Positions 1 through 7,572 of a stretch of DNA of 37,544 nucleotides are shown here, piece after piece (position 1 is the first letter of the stretch; each line of letters begins with the position of its first letter). The DNA is from Aquificaceae bacterium. Its GTDB lineage: Bacteria > Aquificota > Aquificia > Aquificales > Aquificaceae. The stretch covers positions 2,581 to 40,124 of the forward strand of contig JAXSMZ010000011.1 of the NCBI GenBank assembly GCA_037924335.1, in the 5' to 3' direction. Under the pieces are notes generated by a model. The model worked only from the letters and a program-made list of their open reading frames with translations, was not told the DNA's origin and ran no database searches. The translations under genes and the position numbers were made by a program.

Positions 1-59
1 ACTTAAAAAACGAGGCTGAACATTGGAGCAGAGAGGCAAGCAAGTTAGGTTTCAAACCC

Positions 60-209
60 TTATAGGAACTTAAAAAACGGCTGTGGGAAAGGTGCTTGTA
101 TGGACTTAGAAGCGAGTAAGGAGTTTATATAGTCATCTGCGTATTCTAAGTCTTCTTCTACAACTGCTATTCTTTCTTTTATGTCCGCAAGCTGTGCGTA
201 GTAAGCCAT
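60..209 (-). pseudogene. 3'-truncated ORF, possibly a phage head-tail adaptor (Mu gp36/DUF1320-like N-terminus)
   Basis: Translated by hand: MAYYAQLADIKERIAVVEEDLEYADDYINSLLASKSIQAPFPQP. It then runs into the repeat and stops at TAA 62-60. The MxY..xD...A..YIxxxL....xP..P pattern resembles phage adaptor proteins. Confidence 0.5.
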
Positions 210-256
210 AAGTGTATTATGTGTCTTTACCTACTACGCTTTTGGAAAGTTTTCTA

Positions 257-574
257 TTAGTAGCACTTAACTTCTCTCAGTTGTGCTTCCAGATTTGTTA
301 CATCCGTGTTGACCGTCCCAATTGCAACAAAATCTCTTCTTTCTCTGTTTGCCACATATCTTAGATGTGCTATTGCGTCTCCAACTGTTTGCCCTGATCT
401 GCGTTTTATGAGAAAGTTGATAAACAAGTCCTTGCATTCCTTCCCGCTGTTGTTTTCTACTCTACCCTTGACATTAACAGAAGAGCCAAAGACGCCCACT
501 GACTCCACTCTTACGTCAAACTGTGCGAAGGCTACGGATACAAGCATAAGGCTTGCGATGGCTATGTTTTTCAT
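257..574 (-). CDS. Secreted small beta-sandwich protein, FxLYD-domain-like
   Basis: Signal peptide ending AFA. Pattern V.G.V.N.S.K...L.INF....G..VG.A...L......R.F. Strong RBS AAGGAGG 7 nt upstream and a double stop TAA TAG. Confidence 0.85.
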   Translation of the reverse strand: MKNIAIASLMLVSVAFAQFDVRVESVGVFGSSVNVKGRVENNSGKECKDLFINFLIKRRSGQTVGDAIAHLRYVANRERRDFVAIGTVNTDVTNLEAQLREVKCY

Positions 575-586
575 GGCGCTACCTCC

Positions 587-1015
587 TTACAAGTTTTTTA
601 ACTCCGCAGGCTTATAAACAGCCACAACCCTGCCTATTATTTTACAATCTGAATAAAGCTCTGGTGCATAGTTAGGGTTATCCGCAAAAGCCCACCACTG
701 CCCGCTTATATGTCTTAGTCTTCTTATCTTTATGCCGTTGTCCCCGCAGGCTATAAGGTAAACCGCATTGTCATATAGCTCTGTGTCTTGTCTATCAATT
801 AGCACGTATTCGTCTTCTCGAACAGTTGGCATCATGCTGTCTCCAACGACCTTAAAAGCCTCCACTTTGTAGTGTTTTAGCCTACTCCTTTCTACAAGCA
901 CATGATCTGGTGTGTATCTTACGCCCGCTCCTGCCTCTGTGATAACTGGTATTGCTACAAGCTCTGTAGGAATTAGCTCCTCTTTGGGAAGAAACATCTC
1001 CCCAGTGCCGTATTT
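587..1015 (-). pseudogene. C-terminal peptidase S24 domain of a CI/LexA-like phage repressor, HTH missing
   Basis: AGAG cleavage site, V.GDSM.P motif, ADNPNY and IIGRVV. The frame is open up to the repeat boundary (KYGTGEMFLP, the usual post-HTH linker) and the repeat supplies an in-frame TGA upstream. Confidence 0.88.
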
Positions 1016-1446
1016 GTTTCAAACCCTTATAGGAACTTAAAAAACTTCCAGTCCGCCCAATCATCATCGGAGACCTGAAGTTTCAAACCCTTATAGGAAC
1101 TTAAAAAACCATTTACCACATCCTCGGGTCTGAAAACCTTCAGCTCGTTTCAAACCCTTATAGGAACTTAAAAAACGTTGTGCTTTATGTGTTTTTACCA
1201 AACAATTCAAGTAGTTTCAAACCCTTATAGGAACTTAAAAAACGAATAGTAGAAAGAAAAATCTTTAGAACGTCTAATAACGTTTCAAACCCTTATAGGA
1301 ACTTAAAAAACCTATTTATGTTTACTCTTGCGAAAACCCTTTCCTCCTGTTTCAAACCCTTATAGGAACTTAAAAAACTTTAAGCTCAATATTGCGATAC
1401 TCATCAAGCATACGCTGTTTCAAACCCTTATAGGAACTTAAAAAAC

Positions 1447-1608
1447 CTACCTTTACGTATTCAGTTGCCAAGAACGCGCTGGGCTTGGTATACCCAGTTT
1501 TTCCTTCACTACACATTATTATAATACAGATTCACCCGGCTAAGCTATTTATCTGTCTACCTAGAATCTTGCAGAAAGCGTGGGGGATCCACAGAAAGTA
1601 AGATAGTC
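1447..1608 (-). promoter_or_regulatory. CRISPR leader
   Basis: Non-coding region between the last repeat and the cas2 stop. Minus-strand TATAAT at 1523-1518. Degenerate TCTGTCTACC...GGATCCACAGA inverted pair resembling I-B leader motifs. Confidence 0.8.
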
Positions 1609-1875
1609 CTATATTATAAAATCCTCATGAGACGGACGTTCTGTCCCAATGCTCTGCCTTTGGTAATACTGCTTGGTTCTAAACTTGTATATGAGGACAG
1701 AGTCGTAATTGAGATCAAGAACATCCTCTAATTCTTTTATGAGCTTGAGAAGTTTAGCTTCAGTTAGTTCACCTTCAAAAACTGAGTTTTGCACCCTAGT
1801 TAGATATTTCCTGCATACCTTTAGTGCCTTTCCAACTCTATCCTCTCTTACATCATAGACAAGTATCACAAACAT
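1609..1875 (-). CDS. cas2: CRISPR-associated endoribonuclease Cas2
   Basis: N-terminal VILVYDV, VQNSVFEG motif, 88 aa. Confidence 0.97.
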   Translation of the reverse strand: MFVILVYDVREDRVGKALKVCRKYLTRVQNSVFEGELTEAKLLKLIKELEDVLDLNYDSVLIYKFRTKQYYQRQSIGTERPSHEDFII

Positions 1876-1885
1876 GACTGTAGCC

Positions 1886-2872
1886 TTACCAATTGCTTAT
1901 GAAAGGTTTGTAAGGTTTCTCATCAAGAAGGTGTTTATAAAGCTTATAACACTCTATTCTTATGACACGTCTATATGAAACTTTCCCTACGTTTTTATAC
2001 CTAATCGTGGTTCTAAGTTTTTCTTCAAAAGCGTTAATAAATATCTCTCTCCCTTTTTGATTCAGATAAGCATAATTTACATCCTGTTCAAAGTGCTTGT
2101 TCTGTATCTGACCTTTATTCACAAGAGAAAATATTATTCTGTCCACTATTATAGGCTTGAAAACCTCTGCTATATCCAGATTAAGGCTAAAACTTCGCTG
2201 ATTGGTTTCGTGTAGGAATCCTATCCTCGGGTCAAGATGAGTTTTATAAATTTCACTTAAGACTACCACGTAAAGAAGTGAGTTGCCAAAGGAAAGCATG
2301 GCATTTATAGGATTCATTGGTGGACGTATGGATCGCTTTTCAAATTTGAAACCTTCTAGAAATAGGTCAAAGGCAGAATAGTAAATCTTTCTTATCTCTC
2401 CCTCTAGTTCCATAAGTGACGGTATTGATTTTTCTTTGTCTATATACTTTATAAGGTTCTCTATAGAGACTATAGCATCTTTTAACTGAGAGGTCTTACT
2501 CCTTCTATAGTAATCAAGGTTGCGAAGTATATTATTAGCCCCTCCATAAACGAAAGATTTTGCTAAGTATAGTCGTTTCTCCATATCTAAGTAGTGTTCA
2601 ACTTGCTTTAGTGTTATAATCCCAGAGTTTGTTACTTCTCTTGGATAAAAACTACCCATATAGAAACCGTAGTAATTGAAAAAATGTAGCGGTATACCGT
2701 GTTGATTGAGAAACTCAAGTGCTCTCTTGTTAAGTTCCAATTCACCAAAGACCATCAATTCGCTGACCGCATTAACGGGTATTGCCCTACTACCACTTGA
2801 AGTTGAGAAAAAGAGAGTGTTATCCTTCCTCTCCAGAGTCCCAGAAGTGAACAAATAAAGGGTTCTTTTCAT
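1886..2872 (-). CDS. cas1: CRISPR-associated endonuclease Cas1, type I-B
   Basis: KDNTL, ELEG..R..YY, NAMLSFGN, GFLHE, LDIAEVFKP motifs. Start placed at the MKRTLY ATG after the cas4 stop. Confidence 0.97.
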   Translation of the reverse strand: MKRTLYLFTSGTLERKDNTLFFSTSSGSRAIPVNAVSELMVFGELELNKRALEFLNQHGIPLHFFNYYGFYMGSFYPREVTNSGIITLKQVEHYLDMEKRLYLAKSFVYGGANNILRNLDYYRRSKTSQLKDAIVSIENLIKYIDKEKSIPSLMELEGEIRKIYYSAFDLFLEGFKFEKRSIRPPMNPINAMLSFGNSLLYVVVLSEIYKTHLDPRIGFLHETNQRSFSLNLDIAEVFKPIIVDRIIFSLVNKGQIQNKHFEQDVNYAYLNQKGREIFINAFEEKLRTTIRYKNVGKVSYRRVIRIECYKLYKHLLDEKPYKPFISNW

Positions 2873-2874
2873 GC

Positions 2875-3357
2875 CTAGCACATTTCCTTGTAGGCACAGT
2901 TTCTGCAGTAGAAAATTTTAACAGGTTCTGGAGGTCTTGAAAGGGATATTATGTGTTCTATTCTTCTGAGTATATTTTCAATTTCTCTCTCGTTTTCAGG
3001 AGTAAGCTCAATATTTATAATTCTTTTCTCCGTTGGTACAAGGATCTGACCGACTGCTACAACACCTTTTTCTTTCTTTAGATAGTAAAGGTAATAAAGT
3101 AGTTGTGCCCTTGCACCATCTAAGTTTTTACTACTAGCTTTTACTTCTGCTACCATTCCCTTGCGTTTGACAACGTCTACCTTAATCACACTATCTATGA
3201 GCATCTCCTTTGTATACCTTTCGTAGAATAGCTCGTGAATTGTTCTACCGTATTCAAGCCTTTCGTGTTCTTGAAAAGGTTCAATAGAGTGACCTATAAG
3301 CCACACCTGCCTTTCGCATATTTGGCTATACCAAATCATAGTTCCGTTTATTACCAT
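2875..3357 (-). CDS. cas4: CRISPR-associated exonuclease Cas4
   Basis: C.RQ.W, G..IHE, D...EVK, QL.YY and C-terminal C..C.Y...C Fe-S ligands. Confidence 0.96.
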   Translation of the reverse strand: MVINGTMIWYSQICERQVWLIGHSIEPFQEHERLEYGRTIHELFYERYTKEMLIDSVIKVDVVKRKGMVAEVKASSKNLDGARAQLLYYLYYLKKEKGVVAVGQILVPTEKRIINIELTPENEREIENILRRIEHIISLSRPPEPVKIFYCRNCAYKEMC

Positions 3358-5561
3358 ATCTGCTCATTAAGTTTTCCAGTGAAACCCACTTCCTCGTTAT
3401 ATAATTCTGAACCCGTAACATATATTTTTAACAGTGGGTCTTTCTGTGTGCCTTCTGGCTTTGCGTTTATCACATAGGAGTAAAAAGTGCCCTTTATAGC
3501 TTCAAATTCTCTTTTTGCCTCAAATATGTTCATTTCCCTGTCTTTTAATCTATCTGCTATGTTTCTTGCTTTTTCCAAAATTTCCCGAGCTTTATCGTCT
3601 ACACATACGAACACACTTTCTTTGTATGGTTCATCGTCTATTAAAGTAAAGTCTCTCATGCTATGGAAATTGCATTTTTGGATATGCTTGAGAAGTTCAT
3701 TACTTTCCTCTTGATAAATTCTTTGTTTGATGTCTGAGAAGTATTTTTCAAGTTCCTGCAAGAGTTGGCTCTCTGTGATTTGAGATTTGTTCTTGAGAAA
3801 ATCTTCCGTTGCAGAAAGGAGTATAATATCATATACACTTCTGGCATACTTTCCGTCGTCAAGTCTTATTACAAACACTTTTCCACCTTGTTGACTTTTG
3901 GCGTTTCTGTTAGCTCTGCCTGCTGTCTGGACTATACTATCAAGAGGTGCAAAGTCTCTTATGACCACATCAAAATCAAGGTCTACACCCGCCTCTATAA
4001 GCTGTGTGGATACAACTATCTTGTGTTTACCATCTGCTATTTCTCTTATCCTATACGCCCTGTGAACTGGAACGAGCATGGTAGAAAGATGAACCACACT
4101 AGGAAAATACTTCTTTAGCTCACTGTAAACTTCTCTTGCGGAGGCTATAGTGTTTAGAACTATCAAGTATCGCTTGTCTTGCTCGTATAAATCTTTAAAA
4201 AAGTTCACAAGTGCGTCAAGGGAGTTCACATCAAACCTCACCTCGAGGTTATATCTGTTGACGGATAATCTGAAGTGGTTTACATCTACAATTTCCCATG
4301 AGCTAGGAGTAAAGTATGGCTGAGTTGCGGTCATATACAAGACTTTACAGCTTAGTTCTTGAGTAAGAACTTCTATAGCCTTTCCTACGAGATCCCAGTA
4401 CCTAACAGGCAGTGCTTGAACTTCATCAAGGATTATGAAAGAGTTTCTTAGTCTATCTAATCTCCTTATGTAAGGGTTCTGCCAGGGGAAAATGGTATGG
4501 AAAAGTTGATAGAAAGTGGTAAGTATTATAGGAGCTCTCCAGCCTTCAACTAAAACTCTGAAAAGGTTATGGTCTTCTTCAGAATTCTCTGTGGGATATT
4601 CGGTAAGATGGTGGTGGACTACAAAGTCCTGACCTATCTTAAGCCCAAGCCTTTCTAAGTTTAAACGAACCTGTTCTATGACACTTAGAAAGGGAAGTGC
4701 ATATATTATCCTCGCAGGTTCGTGCTTAAGAGCAAAAGAAAGACCTGTTAGTGTCTTCCCCATGCCAGTAGGCAAGGTCAAAGTAAAAACTCTCCCTTGT
4801 GCTTCACTTGAGAAAACATGCCTGTATGCCTCATCCCTTAACTGCTTTAAAGGAGACTGTAGGTTCTTTGTGTATTCTTCTATGCTATCTGGAGAGAGCG
4901 GAAGGGGCAATTCTTCCAGAACACCTCTCAAGGCTGCGGAGGATTTGTCTGTATCTAAAAGTAGAGAAAACTCTGAAAGCCTACCCCAGAAGTAACCATC
5001 AGGGAAAGAAACAAAAAGAAATCTCTTTTTCATTCTATCAAATAAAGGTTTTCCAGAATTTTTTACCCACTTGAAGAAGTCATTAAGGTCAAAAAGCAGC
5101 TTCTCTTTTAGTTGATCTTCTATATCAAGGAAATCCACGAAGTGTTTGAATTGTTGATAGTCTATGCTTCTGGCTTTTTTAAGCTCTTTTTCTATCTCTC
5201 CCGAATTGAAAAGTCCATTTATACGATCTATATAGTACAAAAGATAATAGCCATGCCCGTCCCAGAAAAGGTCTGAATGATGTCTTTCTACATAAAAGAA
5301 ACTCCAAAAGCAGTCTTCATCCTTCAACTTAAATCTTTCCTTGCATACATAGAGAGTATAAAATGCTGAAAGAAGAGCGTGGGTTGTACGTTTCCCACCA
5401 TTAAGATAGTCTTGAAATTCCTTTGTTGCCTTTCCCATATCATGAAGAACCATCGCAAGAAGAAGATGGAGTGGGATGTCTTGCTTACTTTTCTTAGCAA
5501 TTCTTAGTATACGGTTTACATGGTCATGCATACATACATCAGGATGAGAATAGATACACAT
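3351..5561 (-). CDS. cas3: CRISPR-associated helicase/nuclease Cas3
   Basis: N-terminal HD domain (LHDMGK, HH), LPTGMGKT Walker A, DEVQ, TAT, TQLIEAGVD and QTAGRANR. Confidence 0.97.
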   Translation of the reverse strand: MCIYSHPDVCMHDHVNRILRIAKKSKQDIPLHLLLAMVLHDMGKATKEFQDYLNGGKRTTHALLSAFYTLYVCKERFKLKDEDCFWSFFYVERHHSDLFWDGHGYYLLYYIDRINGLFNSGEIEKELKKARSIDYQQFKHFVDFLDIEDQLKEKLLFDLNDFFKWVKNSGKPLFDRMKKRFLFVSFPDGYFWGRLSEFSLLLDTDKSSAALRGVLEELPLPLSPDSIEEYTKNLQSPLKQLRDEAYRHVFSSEAQGRVFTLTLPTGMGKTLTGLSFALKHEPARIIYALPFLSVIEQVRLNLERLGLKIGQDFVVHHHLTEYPTENSEEDHNLFRVLVEGWRAPIILTTFYQLFHTIFPWQNPYIRRLDRLRNSFIILDEVQALPVRYWDLVGKAIEVLTQELSCKVLYMTATQPYFTPSSWEIVDVNHFRLSVNRYNLEVRFDVNSLDALVNFFKDLYEQDKRYLIVLNTIASAREVYSELKKYFPSVVHLSTMLVPVHRAYRIREIADGKHKIVVSTQLIEAGVDLDFDVVIRDFAPLDSIVQTAGRANRNAKSQQGGKVFVIRLDDGKYARSVYDIILLSATEDFLKNKSQITESQLLQELEKYFSDIKQRIYQEESNELLKHIQKCNFHSMRDFTLIDDEPYKESVFVCVDDKAREILEKARNIADRLKDREMNIFEAKREFEAIKGTFYSYVINAKPEGTQKDPLLKIYVTGSELYNEEVGFTGKLNEQIW

Positions 5562-6213
5562 AGTCTACTCCTACCTTATATATGTTTATAAACTCACCAC
5601 TTAAAGGGTTATCTTTCGTTGTGTAGAAAATATCTATATAGCTGGGGCTTTTTCTGCCTTCCTGAAAGCTAATTGGTATTCTATCTTTGAAAACTGGTCT
5701 TTGCTTTAAGACTTCTATTAGATTAGAGGTGCAATCAGGAGGGAAAACTCCATAGATACAGTCTGATTTTCCCACAAATACAGCTTGTTGAAACCCGATA
5801 GGTTCAAGTCGGGCAGGGTAGGAGGTTTTTCCAAGGTATGGATGGTAATGGCTTTTGCCTTCCTGAACCATATCAGCAAATGTCTCAAACAGATCACCTT
5901 GACCACATAGGTGTATTCTGTAAGAGGGATTAATGAGAACTTGTCTGTTTGCTTGTGTGCGGACGAGTTTTTTAGGGTCTTTAATATTTAGAAGGTTTAA
6001 GCCTAAAAACATCTTTCCTTCCACCCTCTCTATCACGATACCTATATTAAATTCGCTTGTAGTCTTTATGTAATCCTCACAGCCTACTACAGCGGCGATA
6101 AGCCCCCTTATAGTTGTCGGTGGTGGAAAATCATAACTTAGGGCGGACGCAGTTGTGTAAAACTTTCTAAAGTGTCCAAGCCTTCCACTAAGCCTAAAAG
6201 AAAAGCACTTCAT
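5539..6213 (-). CDS. cas5: Cas5, type I-B
   Basis: GHFRK, SY.FPPPTT.RG, PYLG motifs and operon position. Confidence 0.95.
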   Translation of the reverse strand: MKCFSFRLSGRLGHFRKFYTTASALSYDFPPPTTIRGLIAAVVGCEDYIKTTSEFNIGIVIERVEGKMFLGLNLLNIKDPKKLVRTQANRQVLINPSYRIHLCGQGDLFETFADMVQEGKSHYHPYLGKTSYPARLEPIGFQQAVFVGKSDCIYGVFPPDCTSNLIEVLKQRPVFKDRIPISFQEGRKSPSYIDIFYTTKDNPLSGEFINIYKVGVDYVYLFSS

Positions 6214-7184
6214 TTTGTCAGATTAAACTTCTCAAGGGGCAAACCTTGAAAAGTATTCTCTAAAGGCTCTGATAGTCGTAACATAGGGTCAATCTGATAT
6301 ATCACCTTCTGTATATCTCTCTTAACCCCTTCAAGCTTATTTTTCATTGCAGAAAGGTCAAGGATAAACTCAGAAACATTCCTTATAGCTTTTTCCTCAA
6401 GCCCTTCGTCAGGAATGAGTTTAATGAAACTTATAAGGTCCCCAAGAGAGTATAGAGTGTTTTCTTGAAAAACAATGTCAATCAGAAGTTTAGGTGAATG
6501 TCCAAGCTTACTGGTGGTTTCAATAGTACTTGCACTCATATGCCCATACCACAAGGCTTTAAAGAAAAGTTCTATATCCTTTTCACTTAAGCCAGTTTTC
6601 GTTGCATTCTTGTCATTCACTACCCCATAAGTCCCTATGAAAGCGTAAGGCACTTTGTATTCTTCTGTGAAAGTCCCCACAGTCTTGCCTTCACCAGATG
6701 GCATCTCAGTAGTCCCTTTGATAAAAACCACATCCACTTTATGAAGAGACTCTCCCCATGCAATCTGCACAGGTCCCACAAAAGAAAAGGCTTTTTGTTC
6801 TTCTTTTGACTCTTCTGTATTCCCTGAACCTTTCTTCTTCTCTTTACCTCCCACCGCAAAGACACCACCAAAAAGTCGTATGTCCACGTACTTTTCCAAC
6901 ACGTACTTTTCCAACGGCATTTTAGGATCACCAATTTCTTTGCCAATTTCTTTTAACTTCTCATCCTTGGTTTTGAGGGTGCCATCTTCGTTTTGTTCTG
7001 CCTTTATGAATACTTGATGACCAAACTGCTCTAAGGCATCCCTCACCGTCCTCTTTATCCTATCGTCGGACACAAGAATTCTCTCTCTTATCTTATCTTG
7101 TCTTGGTTGGTTGTCCGCTAAAGGGTCTCCATTAGGATTTGCCCACCTAACATCGTAAAAAAAGAAAAATTCATGTCTCTTCAT
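6210..7184 (-). CDS. cas7: Cas7/Csh2, type I-B
   Basis: ANPNGDP..DN.PR, DIRLFG and GPVQ motifs. GGAGG upstream of ATG 7184. Confidence 0.96.
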   Translation of the reverse strand: MKRHEFFFFYDVRWANPNGDPLADNQPRQDKIRERILVSDDRIKRTVRDALEQFGHQVFIKAEQNEDGTLKTKDEKLKEIGKEIGDPKMPLEKYVLEKYVDIRLFGGVFAVGGKEKKKGSGNTEESKEEQKAFSFVGPVQIAWGESLHKVDVVFIKGTTEMPSGEGKTVGTFTEEYKVPYAFIGTYGVVNDKNATKTGLSEKDIELFFKALWYGHMSASTIETTSKLGHSPKLLIDIVFQENTLYSLGDLISFIKLIPDEGLEEKAIRNVSEFILDLSAMKNKLEGVKRDIQKVIYQIDPMLRLSEPLENTFQGLPLEKFNLTK

Positions 7185-7572
7185 CTTGCTCACCTCCAGA
7201 CTTAAGATTCTTACCTATTCCATAGCCGACACAAAGGGCAGTGTTTATGTCATCTCTCTTTTTCCCTCTACCCTCAAACCCCAGTCTTTTTATAGCCTTA
7301 GCATACAGGGTATAGAATTTTTCACCAAGATTGTATTTAGTAGCCTTGTTCATTAGCTCTCTCATTAACTCTTCTACCCCACGCCAATCAAGGCTAAACT
7401 CCCTAAAAAGAAGGTAAAGGTTGGGTGTGTATCCTTTTGCGTATTGAACCTTTTCCACATAAGCGACAAGAAAGCCCAAAAGGGCAAGTCCTACAAGAAC
7501 TTCGTCCTCTTTAAAGTATTTTCTAAAAAAGTCCTCAGGATTTTCTTCTTCTAACTTGTTAAACTCTGCCAT
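7171..7572 (-). CDS. cas11: Putative Cas11 small subunit translated from an internal start in cas8b (133 aa)
   Basis: In-frame ATG at 7572 preceded by GGAGG at 8-nt spacing. Helical C-terminal region. Confidence 0.65.
   Translation of the reverse strand: MAEFNKLEEENPEDFFRKYFKEDEVLVGLALLGFLVAYVEKVQYAKGYTPNLYLLFREFSLDWRGVEELMRELMNKATKYNLGEKFYTLYAKAIKRLGFEGRGKKRDDINTALCVGYGIGKNLKSGGEQDEET

Larger units (their letters stand above)
79..1015 (-). mobile_element. Phage-like DNA fragment embedded as an oversized spacer
   Basis: Flanked directly by two intact repeats. Contains an S24 repressor domain, a secreted protein gene and a truncated third ORF. No transposase, integrase or terminal inverted repeats seen. 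Confidence 0.85.
1..1446 (-). CRISPR. CRISPR array, 30-bp repeat GTTTCAAACCCTTATAGGAACTTAAAAAAC (plus strand); continues beyond the left window edge
   Basis: Identical repeats at 49-78, 1016-1045, 1080-1109, 1147-1176, 1214-1243, 1282-1311, 1349-1378 and 1417-1446, plus a partial repeat at 1-11. Spacers are 34-38 bp except one of 937 bp (79-1015). The minus-strand repeat ends TTGAAAC (typical I-B handle) and the leader is on the cas2 side. Confidence 0.98.

Noticed and set aside
79..1015. IS or transposon insertion into the array, or two separate arrays
   Set aside because: No transposase, TIR or target duplication other than the full repeat. Both flanking repeats are intact, there is no second leader, and genes are cut at both junctions.
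882..1067. 61-aa ORF crossing a CRISPR repeat; also the 306-617 plus-strand ORF
   Set aside because: The first starts in a spacer and is out of frame with the S24 domain. The second is the antisense shadow of the secreted-protein gene.
1110..1146. Spacer resembling asd (PEDV codons) as self-targeting
   Set aside because: Only a short partial similarity, with no contiguous match.
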